64,000 nucleotides of DNA from Amoebophrya sp. A120. Taxonomy: Eukaryota > Protista > Dinoflagellata. A model generated the notes under the pieces. That model ran no database searches, was not told where the DNA came from, and saw only the letters and a program-made list of their open reading frames with translations. The position numbers and the translations under genes were made by a program. The DNA lies in NCBI GenBank assembly GCA_905178155.1, contig CAJINV010000003.1, positions 9,927,979-9,991,978 on the forward strand, read 5' to 3'. Shown here piece by piece: positions 1-11,200 of this stretch (its first letter is position 1; each line of letters opens with the position of its first letter).

Positions 1-2620
1 CTGGAACCAGGACTGGAGTCGTTGCCGTTGCCGGCGGAGCCACCTCCACGCCAGTTGCTGTCGGACTCGGCACGGTTCCCGCCAGACGCGCTCTTGCTGC
101 CGCCCCCCTGGTTGTTGCTCCAGCCTCCGCTGTTCCACTTGTTGTTGTTGTTGTAGCCCTTCCATTTGGTGTTCTGCTCTTGCTTTGGAGCGACAACTTC
201 ACGGCTCTTTCCTCCGGCGAAAGTCTCCGGCGAGAGGTGCGATAGCGTGATCTTGTTCTTCTTGCCGGCATCGATCAGTTGCTTCGTCACTTGCGCCTTC
301 TCCAATGCCCTCGACGGACCGCCGTAGCGGATCGCGCACTTGTCGCACCAGAACGCGCCGCTATCGGCGGTTGCACTCGCGGGGAAGTTCTGCTCATGCG
401 TGCGCGTGTCCTTATGCGTCTTCTCGATTATTTCATTGAGGGTCGCGCTCTCCAAACCAGCAAAGCGCTGATCGCCCGCCTTGGCACGACTTTGTATGTG
501 GAGCACTGCTTCCCGTTGCAACGCGTGCCACTCCTGATTCTCCACCGTGTGCTTCACATCCTCCCACCGCAAACCCGCTAATTCGCACGCCCGTTCGCAC
601 CAGAACTGGACGAGTTCCTTGAGGTTCTTGAAGCCGGAGGCCACGTGTTGGTGAACGCAGTAGATGCCATACGGGCACGCAGAGCAATTTTTCCACTTTG
701 ATTCTCCATTCCACATCATTGCTCCTAATCCGAGAAAATCGAGGAAACATGCCGCCCAATGATTACGTCCGCGAAAGGTCCCGCGCATCGTCGTAATCGT
801 AATCACTGCTTCGCCACGCTCATTCAAGCGAAGTTCGTACGCAAACTTGGCTTGTTTCCATTCTTCTTTCACAGTGCCATCGGGGTTTTTGTACGTCATC
901 GCGCTGCTTGCAACATGCGGATCTTTGGGGAACTCAACCCGGAGTTCGCCGATGCGGCCGTTGCCGTAGTCCACCTGCAGTTCGTACACGGAGCCGGTCA
1001 GACCCTTGGCGCCGAAGGCTGCTTCGTCATCTTTGGAGACCGGAAACGGAGAGCCCGGATTCTCCTTGTTCAGGTACAGCTCCGTGTCGGGGGTGGGCTT
1101 GTTGTGCTCCATGATGTGGTGTGTGCCGGAGGTCTCGAATCCTGGAGCTATGGATTCGCACTGCCCCACCTCGTAGCAGCACGGCGCACCGAACTCCCCC
1201 ACGTAGTCCTCGGCATCATTTCCTTTGGCAGGCGCCGGGGGTGGTGGTCCACCCGGCTTGATGCAGCGCGACTGCGTCACAGTGCCAACCCCACTGGTCA
1301 ACACGATCGAAGCGCCCGCGCCACGCTGTTGACCGTATGGTGCGTGCGGCGGGTCCGTGCTAGCCTCGAGTACACCATCTCCATATTTTCCAGTCGGCGG
1401 CGTCCACTTGTTGCTCCACTTCACGGAGCCACCGTTACCACCCGTGGCACTGCTCTTGGGGTTTTCGGTGGGACTGTTCTTGGTAGACCCCCAGGTCGAC
1501 GGCTTGCCCGGAGAGGGTTTTGGTACGGTGCTTAGTGCGGCTGCCGGCGTTCCACGCTTGCTGCGCAACTCGTCGACTTGATTCATCAACTTTGTTAATT
1601 CCGTTTTACCGGAGTGCGAACGGGCCGAAGGGGGTCCGAGTTGAATGTTACTGGCGATCTGGTAAAAACTGGTATCTGTTTTGCGTTCGATCGTGCCGAT
1701 CATGTCCTCCAGCATTTGTAACGCATCAACTCGACTCTCTTCCCGCTGCATCTGGTCCACTTCGAGGGTCTCGATGATGTTTTGCGAACAGTAGTACGCG
1801 AGTTCCCACCCACGTAGGATGTGCGTTGAGCGGTGAAACCGGAACACCCGCACGCTCTCGTGGCTCTTGTACAACTTCCGGAAGTCCGTGAATCGACGGT
1901 AGAAAGCGTCCAACGTGGTTTGAAACGCTTGCTGCGCGGCTGGGTGCGCCCAGTCGTCCTCGGCCAGACGGCAGAACTTCATGTAGTGGCCGAGCACACT
2001 GGCAATTAGCCGCTGAATCTTGCCGATGTAGACCTGCGCGTTGGTCCGGTCGTGAGCGTACTCTGTGACGCACAGCATTTCCACCACCGCCCTCACCAAC
2101 TGCACAAAGAAAGCGATGAGCGCGGCGTCCTGGATACTGGTAGTTTGTCTTTGCAAGATGAACTGGCGTCCGGACCGCTCCCGCGTGAAGGCTTCTTCGT
2201 ACGCTTCCAGCAAAGACTCCGCACTGCGGTGGAGGCTGAACGTCTCCTCGGCCATCGTGCTACGTAACACACGTTCCAACGATGCGATCGCGCCGCACCC
2301 ACCTTCGCTCTGCAAGTTCTTGGTGTGGTCCCGGAGGTCGGCCCAGATCAGGTCGCAGACCGCGTGGAAAAGTGTGAGAATCTGCATCATCTCGCTCTGC
2401 CCCAGGTAGAACCCGTTCGGAGCCTTGTTGTTGGAAGTGGCCCACTGGCCCATCGTGCTGTCGTACAATTGCGCGGCGGCGATCTCTCCCTTGTAGGCGC
2501 ACAAGTACAGCACGGCGCAACAGACTTCCTCAGCCGACATCTCCGTGGCGAGGGCTTTGAGCGTCTGCGCGAGCTCCTTTTTATCATCATCTTTTACGTA
2601 ACTGACATTCCAGCCAACCC
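1..2620 (-). CDS. C-terminal segment (open to window edge, ~870 codons) of a giant Gag-like/unknown mobile-element protein; CCCH-like motif and Asn/Gly/Trp-rich low-complexity tail
   Basis: Hand translation of the minus frame ([32 protein letters not shown]...) finds no stop from ~2620 to position 1; it is missing from the ORF track, presumably because it has no stop. First in-frame ATG at 2540. Contains [14 protein letters not shown] (645-686; C-x5-C-x3-H) and ends [24 protein letters not shown].... Joins ORF 2587..6213 through a +1 shift in the G6 run at 2618-2623. Confidence 0.7.
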
Positions 2621-5600
2621 CCCTGCTCCGGAATTTTCGACCACAGCTCCCTCGCATCACGGACTAGTTCGTACGGTCGGCCAACCTTCGACGCGTAGCC
2701 GATTAGCTTCAACAGGGCTTTCGCAATGTCCCGGGCGTCGTCACCGTTGGTGAGCTGCGCCGACACGAGCGCTGGCCTGCTTCTCCAACCTTGATTCCGC
2801 GTCGGCCGCTGCTCGAACACGCTACGGTAACCGAGAATCGTGGGCACGTTGTTCTGGAGTTCCTCGAGAAAATCTTCGGGACTCTTTGCCGTCGCGTCGC
2901 GACCCGCTGGTCCTTCCGGTCCGGTTTCACCGATTTCACCGGGGGGCCCTCGTGGTCCTTGCGGGCCTTGGAGCCCTTGCTTACCTGGCCTGCCGTCACG
3001 ACCGGGCTGACCATCGTACCCTCGTTGTCCGGGGACACCGGCTTTTCCGGGTGGACCTTGTGAACCTTGTGAACCTGGCGGCCCTTGCTGTCCCGGCGCT
3101 CCGTCACTGCCGGGTTGCCCCGGGGGACCCGGGGGGCCTTGATATCCGTAATCTCCTCGCTCTCCCGGCATTCCTCGCTGTCCGGGCAGCCCTTGTCGGC
3201 CAGGCGGTCCGGGCGGACCCGGTGGTCCGACGTTTGAGGCAAAAGTACTAGCCGGCTCGTGGGATCCCTCTCGCGGATTGTCGGTTGCACGCGGCTGATC
3301 CGTGGTCCGCTCGGCGTCGCCGCCATGGCTGAGGACCGAGAGCGGGTTCTGCTCCAACTTGGACGTCGCGCCCTGCTCGGCGGCGGTGGACGACGGGATC
3401 GGAATCAGCGCAGCGGCTGTGCTGCTCGGCGGCGCTTGAATTGCGGCACTCGCGGGTACTGAGGTGCTGAAGTCTGGAACCCCCAGGCTCACTGGCTGAA
3501 GCTTGACGAAGTTGCTCTTTGTGACATAGTCGTACATTTGCGGATCGGCTAAGTGGTACGCTCGCAGAACGTCCTCGTCGAGTCCCGTCGACCCGAGCAT
3601 CACGGGGGTCAACCTCCACACCGGCGCCTGTTGCTGCAGCATGTCCCCGACGTTCAGCGCTACTTGCATTTCGACCTTGCGCACTTCCTCGATCGTTAGT
3701 CGCTGCGCGAACACTGGCACGTTGTTCGGGTCCATCGTGCGCTGCACAACTTCGACAAAGTCGGCCGACGGGTCTTCCATCGCAAGCCGCTGCTCAATGG
3801 CGATGTTCGTCAGCGCGTACAAGTCGGCTCTACGTTTCAACGAGGAAGCATGATGGGCTGCTGTCGCTGCGCGTTGCTGTTTCAATTTTTCCAGGCGTCG
3901 CTCCGTTGCTCGCTCCGTCGCTTCCGCTTGCGCAATCTGTAGCGGATCGGGATACGCCTGCAGTCCTTGGAGGATGGCTGCTTGTCCTGGAGACGGAGGA
4001 CGTTGCGCTGAGACGCCACCGACGGGGGATTGTGGTGCGTTGACTCCGGTGCACAGCCCATAACTGTGGCGCGGGGGCGACGGCACGGGACCAGCGTGCG
4101 CCATACTGGCTCCGTACGGGTTCGCACCGGCGATCCGACCCGCGGGTGGACTGGGAGAGGCCGTCGCCATTTGCGGATGCACGGTTGCTGGTTTCACGGC
4201 CGTAACGTGCGGGCTCCACAGCATGGTCTGAGTCTGCATGTTCGCTACGTCGTGCAACGACTTCTGCAGCGTATCGGGATTGACGTCTTGCGTGATCGGC
4301 TGATACCCGATGTTGGCGCTCGTGAAAGCCGTGGACGCGCTTCCGACATTATTGGCATTGGACATGATATTAGCCGAGCTAGTCGGCACCGGACGCTGGT
4401 CCTGGCCGAACAGCGTAAAGGACGGCGCTGCGGTCGTCCTCTGCGGAGCAAGGAAGCGTGTAGTTGACGAGGACGACAACGAGGCCGCCACATTTGCACA
4501 GATCGGTCCCGTCCCGACCGCTGCAGCGTACTGGTCACTCGGGCCCGTGGGGTTTTCGTGGTACAGGTAGCCACTATACTGCGTCTTCTCGTGCTGCCAC
4601 TGGCCACTACTGTACCCCGAGTACGCGTACGGCGCGGGCGCACTTAGAGCTCCGGTGTGCGCGGCAGACTGCGGGTTCGTGTACGTGGGCACATGCCCCG
4701 GCTGTCCAAGCGTGAACGTGCTCTGCGCGTGACTGGTGACGCTCTGCCCACTCCCAACCGTAAGGTCGGATTCGCGGCGCGCGCGACTAGCTTGCTCTTG
4801 CAAGTGCAGTGCGGTTTCTCGTTGCAGTACGTGCCACTCCGGATTCACGGGGTGCATGCCGGGCGCCCGGGACGTCAACGACGGACTCACCGACAAGTCG
4901 TGGCTACTGCCCTCGGCACGCTGCATTCCAGTGGACGAAGAAGTCTGCGTCGGCGCGGTTGGTTCGGGATGGAACAATCCACGCGATCCACTCTGCATTC
5001 CGGATCCAGCAGCCGACTGCCGGAAGTAGGTGGGCGCGCCGAACGTGTTTGTCGTCGTCACCACGTTCGCACTCCCGTCCGAGCTTGCGACGCCCCTCTC
5101 CTCGCTTTCACCAGCGTGGTTGCCTGCAGTGTCGCTGAATTCCGCGGAAAGCGCGAGCGTCGGATCACGCAACAGCTTCAGCTTGTCCTCATTGCTCAGA
5201 TTGTGATGATCAATGTGCACTGCCGTGACCGTACCCGACACGTCCCGGTCGATCGTTACTGTGCCGTGCGGCTGGAGCACCGGAGTGTCGCTGGGCTGGG
5301 AGTGTTGTGAGCAGATCGAATACTGTTCCGGTCCGTCCGAGCGGGCTGCAGATTCACGTGGCGGCGGGGTGGCCTTGCTCACGGGACGGCTGGCCGCCTT
5401 AACAACGACCGTCGGTTGCGCGATCCCAGCGGGATCCACGTCCCCGGTCACGCGTTGGCACTTCTGCGCCGCTGCGGTAGCTGCTTCGGAACTGGACTGC
5501 TCTGCATCATCCGACGAACCACTCGCGCGTTCCCTCTTATTGTCGGTCGTCACCTGCGACTGGCTCTGCTCCTGCCTGAGTTCTCCCTTTTGCGTGAGCT

Positions 5601-6213
5601 CGTAGGTGTACAGACCGATGGCGTTGGGCTTGAAGTCGTCGCACTTCAGCTGATGAAACGCAGGCTCTGCTAGCAGTTGTTGAGTATGGTGGTTCAGGAC
5701 GTCCCAGGGAACTCCGACTGCCGTTGCATGGATTAACGATTCCAACGCGCCGAACGCTGGTTCCGGGCCAGTCGAGGACGCTGCGTTGTCGGTGTTCGAC
5801 GTCGGGACGGGCGAACTCGGCTTCGACCCCATCGTGATCATGGTGGGCGCGGCCAGCGGCGTGGCTGCAGGTGTCGGCAGGAGTTGCCTGGTCATCGTTA
5901 CTTGCCCGCTGACGGTCAACGTCTGTGGTACGGACTGCGGAATGGACTTGGGCTTGACCAGCGGGCCGTACGTCTTGGTCGGTCCAGCGGTCGCGGACGG
6001 TTCCGACGTCACGGCTTCCGGAGCAGAGCTCGACGGTTCCTCGACGATGAAAACATTTCCCGTCATGAGCGCCTGTTGCGCGTCCTCCATGATACGCTCG
6101 ACGACTTCGTCACTATTGAAATTCGTTTCCGCGTCGATCTCCGCATCTTGCGCCGGGCCAGAGGCGATGCTTCCGGTGAGCGCCCGCGCGTAGTCCTCTT
6201 CCACCATCAGCAC
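2587..6213 (-). CDS. Central 1208-aa segment of the giant intronless ORF; long S/T/A/P/Q-rich disordered region, helical segment and collagen triple-helix domain
   Basis: Longest ORF in the track; contains 37 uninterrupted Gly-X-Y triplets; no introns over 3.6 kb in an otherwise intron-dense genome. Confidence 0.75.
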   Translation of the reverse strand: MLMVEEDYARALTGSIASGPAQDAEIDAETNFNSDEVVERIMEDAQQALMTGNVFIVEEPSSSAPEAVTSEPSATAGPTKTYGPLVKPKSIPQSVPQTLTVSGQVTMTRQLLPTPAATPLAAPTMITMGSKPSSPVPTSNTDNAASSTGPEPAFGALESLIHATAVGVPWDVLNHHTQQLLAEPAFHQLKCDDFKPNAIGLYTYELTQKGELRQEQSQSQVTTDNKRERASGSSDDAEQSSSEAATAAAQKCQRVTGDVDPAGIAQPTVVVKAASRPVSKATPPPRESAARSDGPEQYSICSQHSQPSDTPVLQPHGTVTIDRDVSGTVTAVHIDHHNLSNEDKLKLLRDPTLALSAEFSDTAGNHAGESEERGVASSDGSANVVTTTNTFGAPTYFRQSAAGSGMQSGSRGLFHPEPTAPTQTSSSTGMQRAEGSSHDLSVSPSLTSRAPGMHPVNPEWHVLQRETALHLQEQASRARRESDLTVGSGQSVTSHAQSTFTLGQPGHVPTYTNPQSAAHTGALSAPAPYAYSGYSSGQWQHEKTQYSGYLYHENPTGPSDQYAAAVGTGPICANVAASLSSSSTTRFLAPQRTTAAPSFTLFGQDQRPVPTSSANIMSNANNVGSASTAFTSANIGYQPITQDVNPDTLQKSLHDVANMQTQTMLWSPHVTAVKPATVHPQMATASPSPPAGRIAGANPYGASMAHAGPVPSPPRHSYGLCTGVNAPQSPVGGVSAQRPPSPGQAAILQGLQAYPDPLQIAQAEATERATERRLEKLKQQRAATAAHHASSLKRRADLYALTNIAIEQRLAMEDPSADFVEVVQRTMDPNNVPVFAQRLTIEEVRKVEMQVALNVGDMLQQQAPVWRLTPVMLGSTGLDEDVLRAYHLADPQMYDYVTKSNFVKLQPVSLGVPDFSTSVPASAAIQAPPSSTAAALIPIPSSTAAEQGATSKLEQNPLSVLSHGGDAERTTDQPRATDNPREGSHEPASTFASNVGPPGPPGPPGRQGLPGQRGMPGERGDYGYQGPPGPPGQPGSDGAPGQQGPPGSQGSQGPPGKAGVPGQRGYDGQPGRDGRPGKQGLQGPQGPRGPPGEIGETGPEGPAGRDATAKSPEDFLEELQNNVPTILGYRSVFEQRPTRNQGWRSRPALVSAQLTNGDDARDIAKALLKLIGYASKVGRPYELVRDARELWSKIPEQGGWLECQLRKR
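2896..3228 (-). repeat. Collagen-like (Gly-X-Y)37 coding repeat
   Basis: [30 protein letters not shown]...[15 protein letters not shown]; 37 triplets counted. Confidence 0.92.
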
Positions 6214-6273
6214 TTCGTGCTCGAATTCCTCGCTGCTCCCGATTTGTTCAATGCGGGACCGTTTCGCGGACTC

Positions 6274-6798
6274 TCACGCGTTTTGTTCGTGCGCGGTGAA
6301 GTACACCCGCTTGAAGAGCACGCCCATCAAGTCTTCAAAGTACTTGAGCGCCAAGTCCATGCGTTGCCGCGTATAGACGATTCCCTTTTCGTCGTTAATC
6401 GTGACGCTCAGGAAGACGGACCCAGGAACCGGAGTCTTCCGTTTGATCTTTTGCTTCTCCTCGTCGTAGTTTCCCATTGCGCGGGCGACTCGGACGAGCG
6501 TCTCCTTAACCTGCTCCGCGTTCGTGATCGCGGCGTTTGCGATTGGCAGGTCCATCGCGAAAACGCAAATCGGATGCCGACTGTTCTGTCCTCCGTAAAA
6601 CATCGGAACCGCTGGCCCGAAGACCTCCCGAATCCGGTCCGGCGTAGCCATGACTGCATGACGCTTTCCTTCTTTGAGCCCGTATTTTCGCGGCTCTTTT
6701 GTGGCCTTCTCGGCTCGGGACCTGATCCCCTGCGCGGCGTTCCCGGCAGCCACGAGGGCCGTCGGAGCCTTCTTGCTCGCCGCAGCACGTGCGGACAT
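6274..6798 (-). CDS. N-terminal 174-aa segment of the same giant ORF
   Basis: Same frame as 2587..6213: after the TGA at 6274-6276 come exactly 20 sense codons ([20 protein letters not shown]) leading into VLMVEEDY. Confidence 0.65.
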   Translation of the reverse strand: MSARAAASKKAPTALVAAGNAAQGIRSRAEKATKEPRKYGLKEGKRHAVMATPDRIREVFGPAVPMFYGGQNSRHPICVFAMDLPIANAAITNAEQVKETLVRVARAMGNYDEEKQKIKRKTPVPGSVFLSVTINDEKGIVYTRQRMDLALKYFEDLMGVLFKRVYFTAHEQNA

Positions 6799-7041
6799 TT
6801 CGTTCGTGACGTCGTCGAGACTTGTCGCGCACGAACTTGTAGCGTTTAGACGTAAGTGTGGTCGGGCGGGGCGTAGGTTACCGTGTTAGAGGTTCGCACG
6901 TGTGAACCAGGACTAGATAGTCGCTCGCAGACCAACGTCGGTCGTTTTGCTCGTGCTGCCCGAAGTAGGCGTAGTTGAGACCGGTGCCGCAGTGGCGTCC
7001 GTGATCGCGATGTCGCCGCAAGTCGGCTTTAGGCGTGAAGC

Positions 7042-7375
7042 GCCGGACGACGGCTATTGACGTAGTTGCTCAGTCGCCGAACGACGGCGGACGATCTACT
7101 ACTGCCGGAAGACGGCTTATTATGTCCTGCTGCCGGAAGACGGCTTTCTCGGTACTATTGTCGGAGCCGGAAGACGGCTTCAAATTATTGCACTGCCAAA
7201 AGTTGGCACTTACGGAAAATCAGCCAAAAGTTGGCTATTGAAAGTTTACCGGCCACCCAAAAGATGGGGGACCTGGAGGAAGAGGCTGCCAGAAGATGGC
7301 GTATGGTACACTAGTTATGCCAGAAGATAGCAATGCCGAAAGACGGCTACTATTCCCGTACGTCAGAAGATGACG
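7042..7375. repeat. Array of 12 short stem-pentaloop hairpins with unique spacers (~30-bp period)
   Basis: GCCG-GAAGA-CGGC type units at 7042, 7075, 7104, 7132, 7165, 7194, 7222, 7256, 7288, 7318, 7335 and 7361. Stems covary (GCCG/CGGC, GCCA/TGGC, CCCA/TGGG, CGTCA/TGACG); loops GAAGA/AAAGA/AAAGT/GACGA/AACGA. Confidence 0.85.
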
Positions 7376-8234
7376 CGTAGACTGGTTCTTCGTTCGCGTC
7401 GTCGGCCCGTCGACCGCCTCCGCTGTTCGTGGTCCTGGCAGGGGTGCCAACCGACACACCGACCTGCTGCACTTGTCCGAAGAACTCGCCACCACGAGGG
7501 TGACGTCAGTCGTCGACTCACGATCGTCTTTGTTGAACGAGTATGATCTAGAACTTAAGTTCGTCTTACGTGGAACAGCCTACATCGTATAAGCAGGGGC
7601 GCCACCTGAAGGCAACAGGACTTCAGACGAAAAGATCGCCTGTTAATTATTTGTCGTTCGCGAGTACTTGTTTCCTCCAAAACGAAAGACGCTGCTGTTG
7701 GTTTGTCAAAATCGGTTTTTGAAGTTCAGGAAACACGTTCTTCACCTGTTCACGGGGTTCGACTACGGGTGTGTCCTAGAGAAAATTGCGTGGTTTGGGA
7801 GGGTGCGGGTAGATCAACGCGCAATCGGGGTGCTCATCAAATCAACAAGCTCGTCTATCTTGTGCGAGCGAGTGCTCTCGTCAAAGCTCATGGAACGTGT
7901 TCACGTACGGTTGTTGGTGAGTTGTATTTTGACGTTGGAAAGTACGAGACGGCTGTTCGTCAAGTTCAAAGATAGCGTCGTGCGGCTAAGGCGGACGTTA
8001 CGTGTTAGTTGATCGTGAAGATTGCGCTTACGTGTTCGACTACTCTGACCCAACTTAGAGCAAAAGAAACAGCATGGAACAAACAAAGCCACGAAGTGGT
8101 TGCTCTCTCGTGTTCGTGATTCAAGTATAGACGTATCGAGACGGATGGCGTACGGCTAATCGAATGAAGAACGGACGCGAGTGCTTGTCCGACGTAGTTC
8201 TTGTATTGTAATAATCCGATAGGAACAAAGAGGA

Positions 8235-11200
8235 TTAGCTTTGCTTGTGTCGACCAGACAAAACTGGTTTGACGGTGATCACGTGCAGGCGCTGCTGGCG
8301 TGCGGGTCCCCCTGCTCCTTTTTTAATTTTGGGCTGGCAGGTCTGGCATGCCAGGGTGAAGCGGGTAACTGAAACGGATAACCTGGACGGTTTTTTTTTT
8401 TTTGAAAAAAAAGCGTGCCAAAAAGCCGGTCTTCTGCCGCGGAAGACCTCGCAAAATTGCAGCTCAAGCGCAACGGTTGCGCTTGGGCTGCAATTTTCCG
8501 CTCTTGGCGGCCTGCTTCCTCCGCAGCGCAAATCTTCGCTGGGCAGCGCAGATTTGTGGCGCGCGCGCCACAAATCCGGGCGGCACGGACTAGGCACGAC
8601 TGGGAATGCACTGGCCAAGCGTCCTCGGCTGGGTTTCCAGCTGAGGGCGCCGGCTCAGTGGCATTCTAGCTGGAAGCGCGCCTATGTCGCAAGCCAAAAA
8701 CGCGCGGTCTAGTATTGAAATAACTTAAACCAATGCTAATGGTCTAAGTTATTTCAATACTTGCGCGGTGCCTTAACTTGGCACCGCGTTCATTTGACTC
8801 CGAATCCCCATGGTATGGTGGATTGGCGTTGACCTCGGTGCCACGCAACGATAAAAAAAAAAGAATACTAGTATTATTCTTTTTATTTTATTTCTTAACC
8901 CTGTGGCACCGAGAAGCGAAGGACGGTGCTACGGTGGCGGTGCCACCCGGATGGCACCGGGTGGCACCGCGCAAGGAAATCACGCGAATCAGCATGCTAG
9001 ACAGGCGCTTCCGCAGCTCAGTGGCGCGCTGCAGTTTTTGCGCGTTCTTGGTCCGCTTTTTTGCTACTTTGCGCGAATGCAGTAGCATCCCCTAACTTTT
9101 TTAGTAAAAGGCAGCTTTTCCGCATGGTATAAGCCTCGGGAAGTATTCGCTCCGCCGTTTACCATTAAAAGTATCCCAGTTTCTTGCTGTGTTTCCTAAC
9201 TAGAAGTGCCGGAGAGGGAAACGGAAAAGGCGCGAGAAGGTATTGAAATAACTGGAAGCAGTACGCACAACGCTGGCCGACTTGGCAAATGCGACCAAGG
9301 CCATCGGGCGATGTGTGGTCGGAGAGTTAACTGCCTTGCGTGAGGCGCGCCGCGCGCAGCTAAGCCACGCGCCTCGGCGGGAGAGTATTGCTTTCAGCTA
9401 TTTCAATACTGCTGGCGCTAGCACGTGCCGGCGCGCGGCCTTGTAGCCGCCCGCCTTGCGCGAGGCGCGCCCCGCGCAGCGAAGCCGCGCACTATAGCGA
9501 ACGAAGGCAGGGGCTTTGGCGCAAGTTGCCGCAATAGTTCCTTGCCGGCGCGGCGCCCCCCCCGCGGGGCCCCGATGCCTAAGTGGCGCCAAGCGAAAGC
9601 CGAATCGGCCGCCCCGGTTTTTTTCCGCGTTCCCCTTGTTGCGCCTGCTCCGCCGCTTGCAGCTTTGCTGCTCGCCCCGCGGAAGTCCGACCGGAGCAAA
9701 TTTCTTGCATTGCAGATTTGCCCTCCCGCCTTCTAGCGCGCCACTGCTTTTCAGTATTGATGTGCGGCATTTCAATACTTTTCGCGATTGGGGGAGGACG
9801 CTTCTTGGGCAGCATTGGCCCGCCAGGGTGCCACGCCGGCGGGGCCCCTGTCCCAATGGGGCGGCCCGTGCCGTGGCAGCCTCGGGATTTTTGCATTCCC
9901 AATGGTGCGCCTGCTCCGCCGCTTGCAGTTTCGCCGCCCGCCCCGCGCAGCGCCGTGCGGCTTCGGAGCACCCATTGGGGACCGCCTGCGCCAATTGGGA
10001 AACCCTGAAGCCGCTTGGCGATGCGGTTTCACCTCAGCGGGGCCCCTGTCCCAATGACGGCTCCCCCATTGCAGGGCACTCCTGGCGTGCTCGCTTTGGG
10101 AGCGGGGAAACATTGGGACAGGGGCCCCAAGGGAGTGACACCGGGCCAAGAGATCCCCAAGCGCGGCGACTCTGCCAGCCCTCGCCTCATGGCGGGGCGG
10201 GGGGCGCAGCGCCTCCGTGCTTGGGGGCACCCATTGGGACAGGGGCCCCATCGCGTTGGCACCGCCGGCACGGCCTGGAAAGCCCAGCGGCTCGGCTTGC
10301 CCTTCCATATTTCAAGCGTGTTCAAGTATTGACTTAGTGCAAGGCAATACTAGCACGCCCCTAGCCGGCATTTCCGTCTGGGAGTCCAGCTGGAAAGGCC
10401 TTGGGCGGGCATCCTCAGCGCCCTCCCAGCTAGAATTCCACAGAGAGGGCGCCTTCAGCTGGAACTCCAGCGGAGGGCGCCCCTTCATTGCACTTCTAGC
10501 CGCAAACACAGCAGGGGGGCCAACTGGTCACGCAGCCGGAAACGGTTGCGCTGTCGGATGAGTATTGATTTCCTTTAAGTCAATACTAGTATGCAATGCT
10601 GCATTACAAATTTGCAAAGCAGCATGGCAAATTTGCAATGCAAGTCCAGACCTGCGACCCCGCATTGCACATTTGCAATGCAGCATTGCAAATTTGCAAC
10701 GCAAGCCCAGACGACAGGCGGCGATCCCGTGCGAACTTGCAGCACCAATCGGCTCTCGGGCTGATTTGTGTGGCATGAGCAGGGAGTCAGTTCAACTGGT
10801 CACGCAGCCGGAAACGGTTGCACTGCCGGACGAGTATTGATTTACTTAAATTCAATACTAATTTGCAGCGCTGCATTGCAAATTTGCAAAGCAGCATGGC
10901 AAATTCGCAAGGCAAGTCCAGACCTGCGACCCCGCGTTGCAGATTTGCAGTGCTGCGTTACAAATTTGCAATGCAGCATTGCAAATTTACAATGCAAGGC
11001 CAGACGGCGGGGCAAATTCGCAAGGCAAGTCCAGACCTGCGACCCCGCATTGCAGATTTGCAATGCTGCGTTACAAATTTGCAATGCAGCATTGCAAATT
11101 TACAATGCAAGGCCAGACGGCGGGGGGCGATCCCGTGCGAACTTGCAGCACAAATCGGCCCTCGGGCTGATTTGTGTTGCATGAGCAGGGAGGGCAACTG

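Noticed and set aside
2896-3228. Animal collagen gene or contamination
   Set aside because: Short single collagen block in an intronless ORF with no signal peptide or recognisable collagen terminal domain.
6274-6276. Stop-codon reassignment (as reported for one Amoebophrya lineage)
   Set aside because: CCT2 (536 codons), the YR and thousands of other codons contain no in-frame stops, use TGG for Trp and end in ordinary stops; a single TGA is better explained by mutation or local readthrough.
7042-7375. CRISPR array
   Set aside because: Repeats are only 13-15 nt and covary rather than being identical, spacers are ~15-20 nt, there are no cas genes, and the context is eukaryotic.
9097-9203. 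Missing N-terminus of the truncated YR (PPFTIKSI/QFLAV resembles PVTYRTIENFIAV)
   Set aside because: Needs a frameshift, is very short and overlaps residues already present at 14333; unsupported without a tblastn/HMM search.
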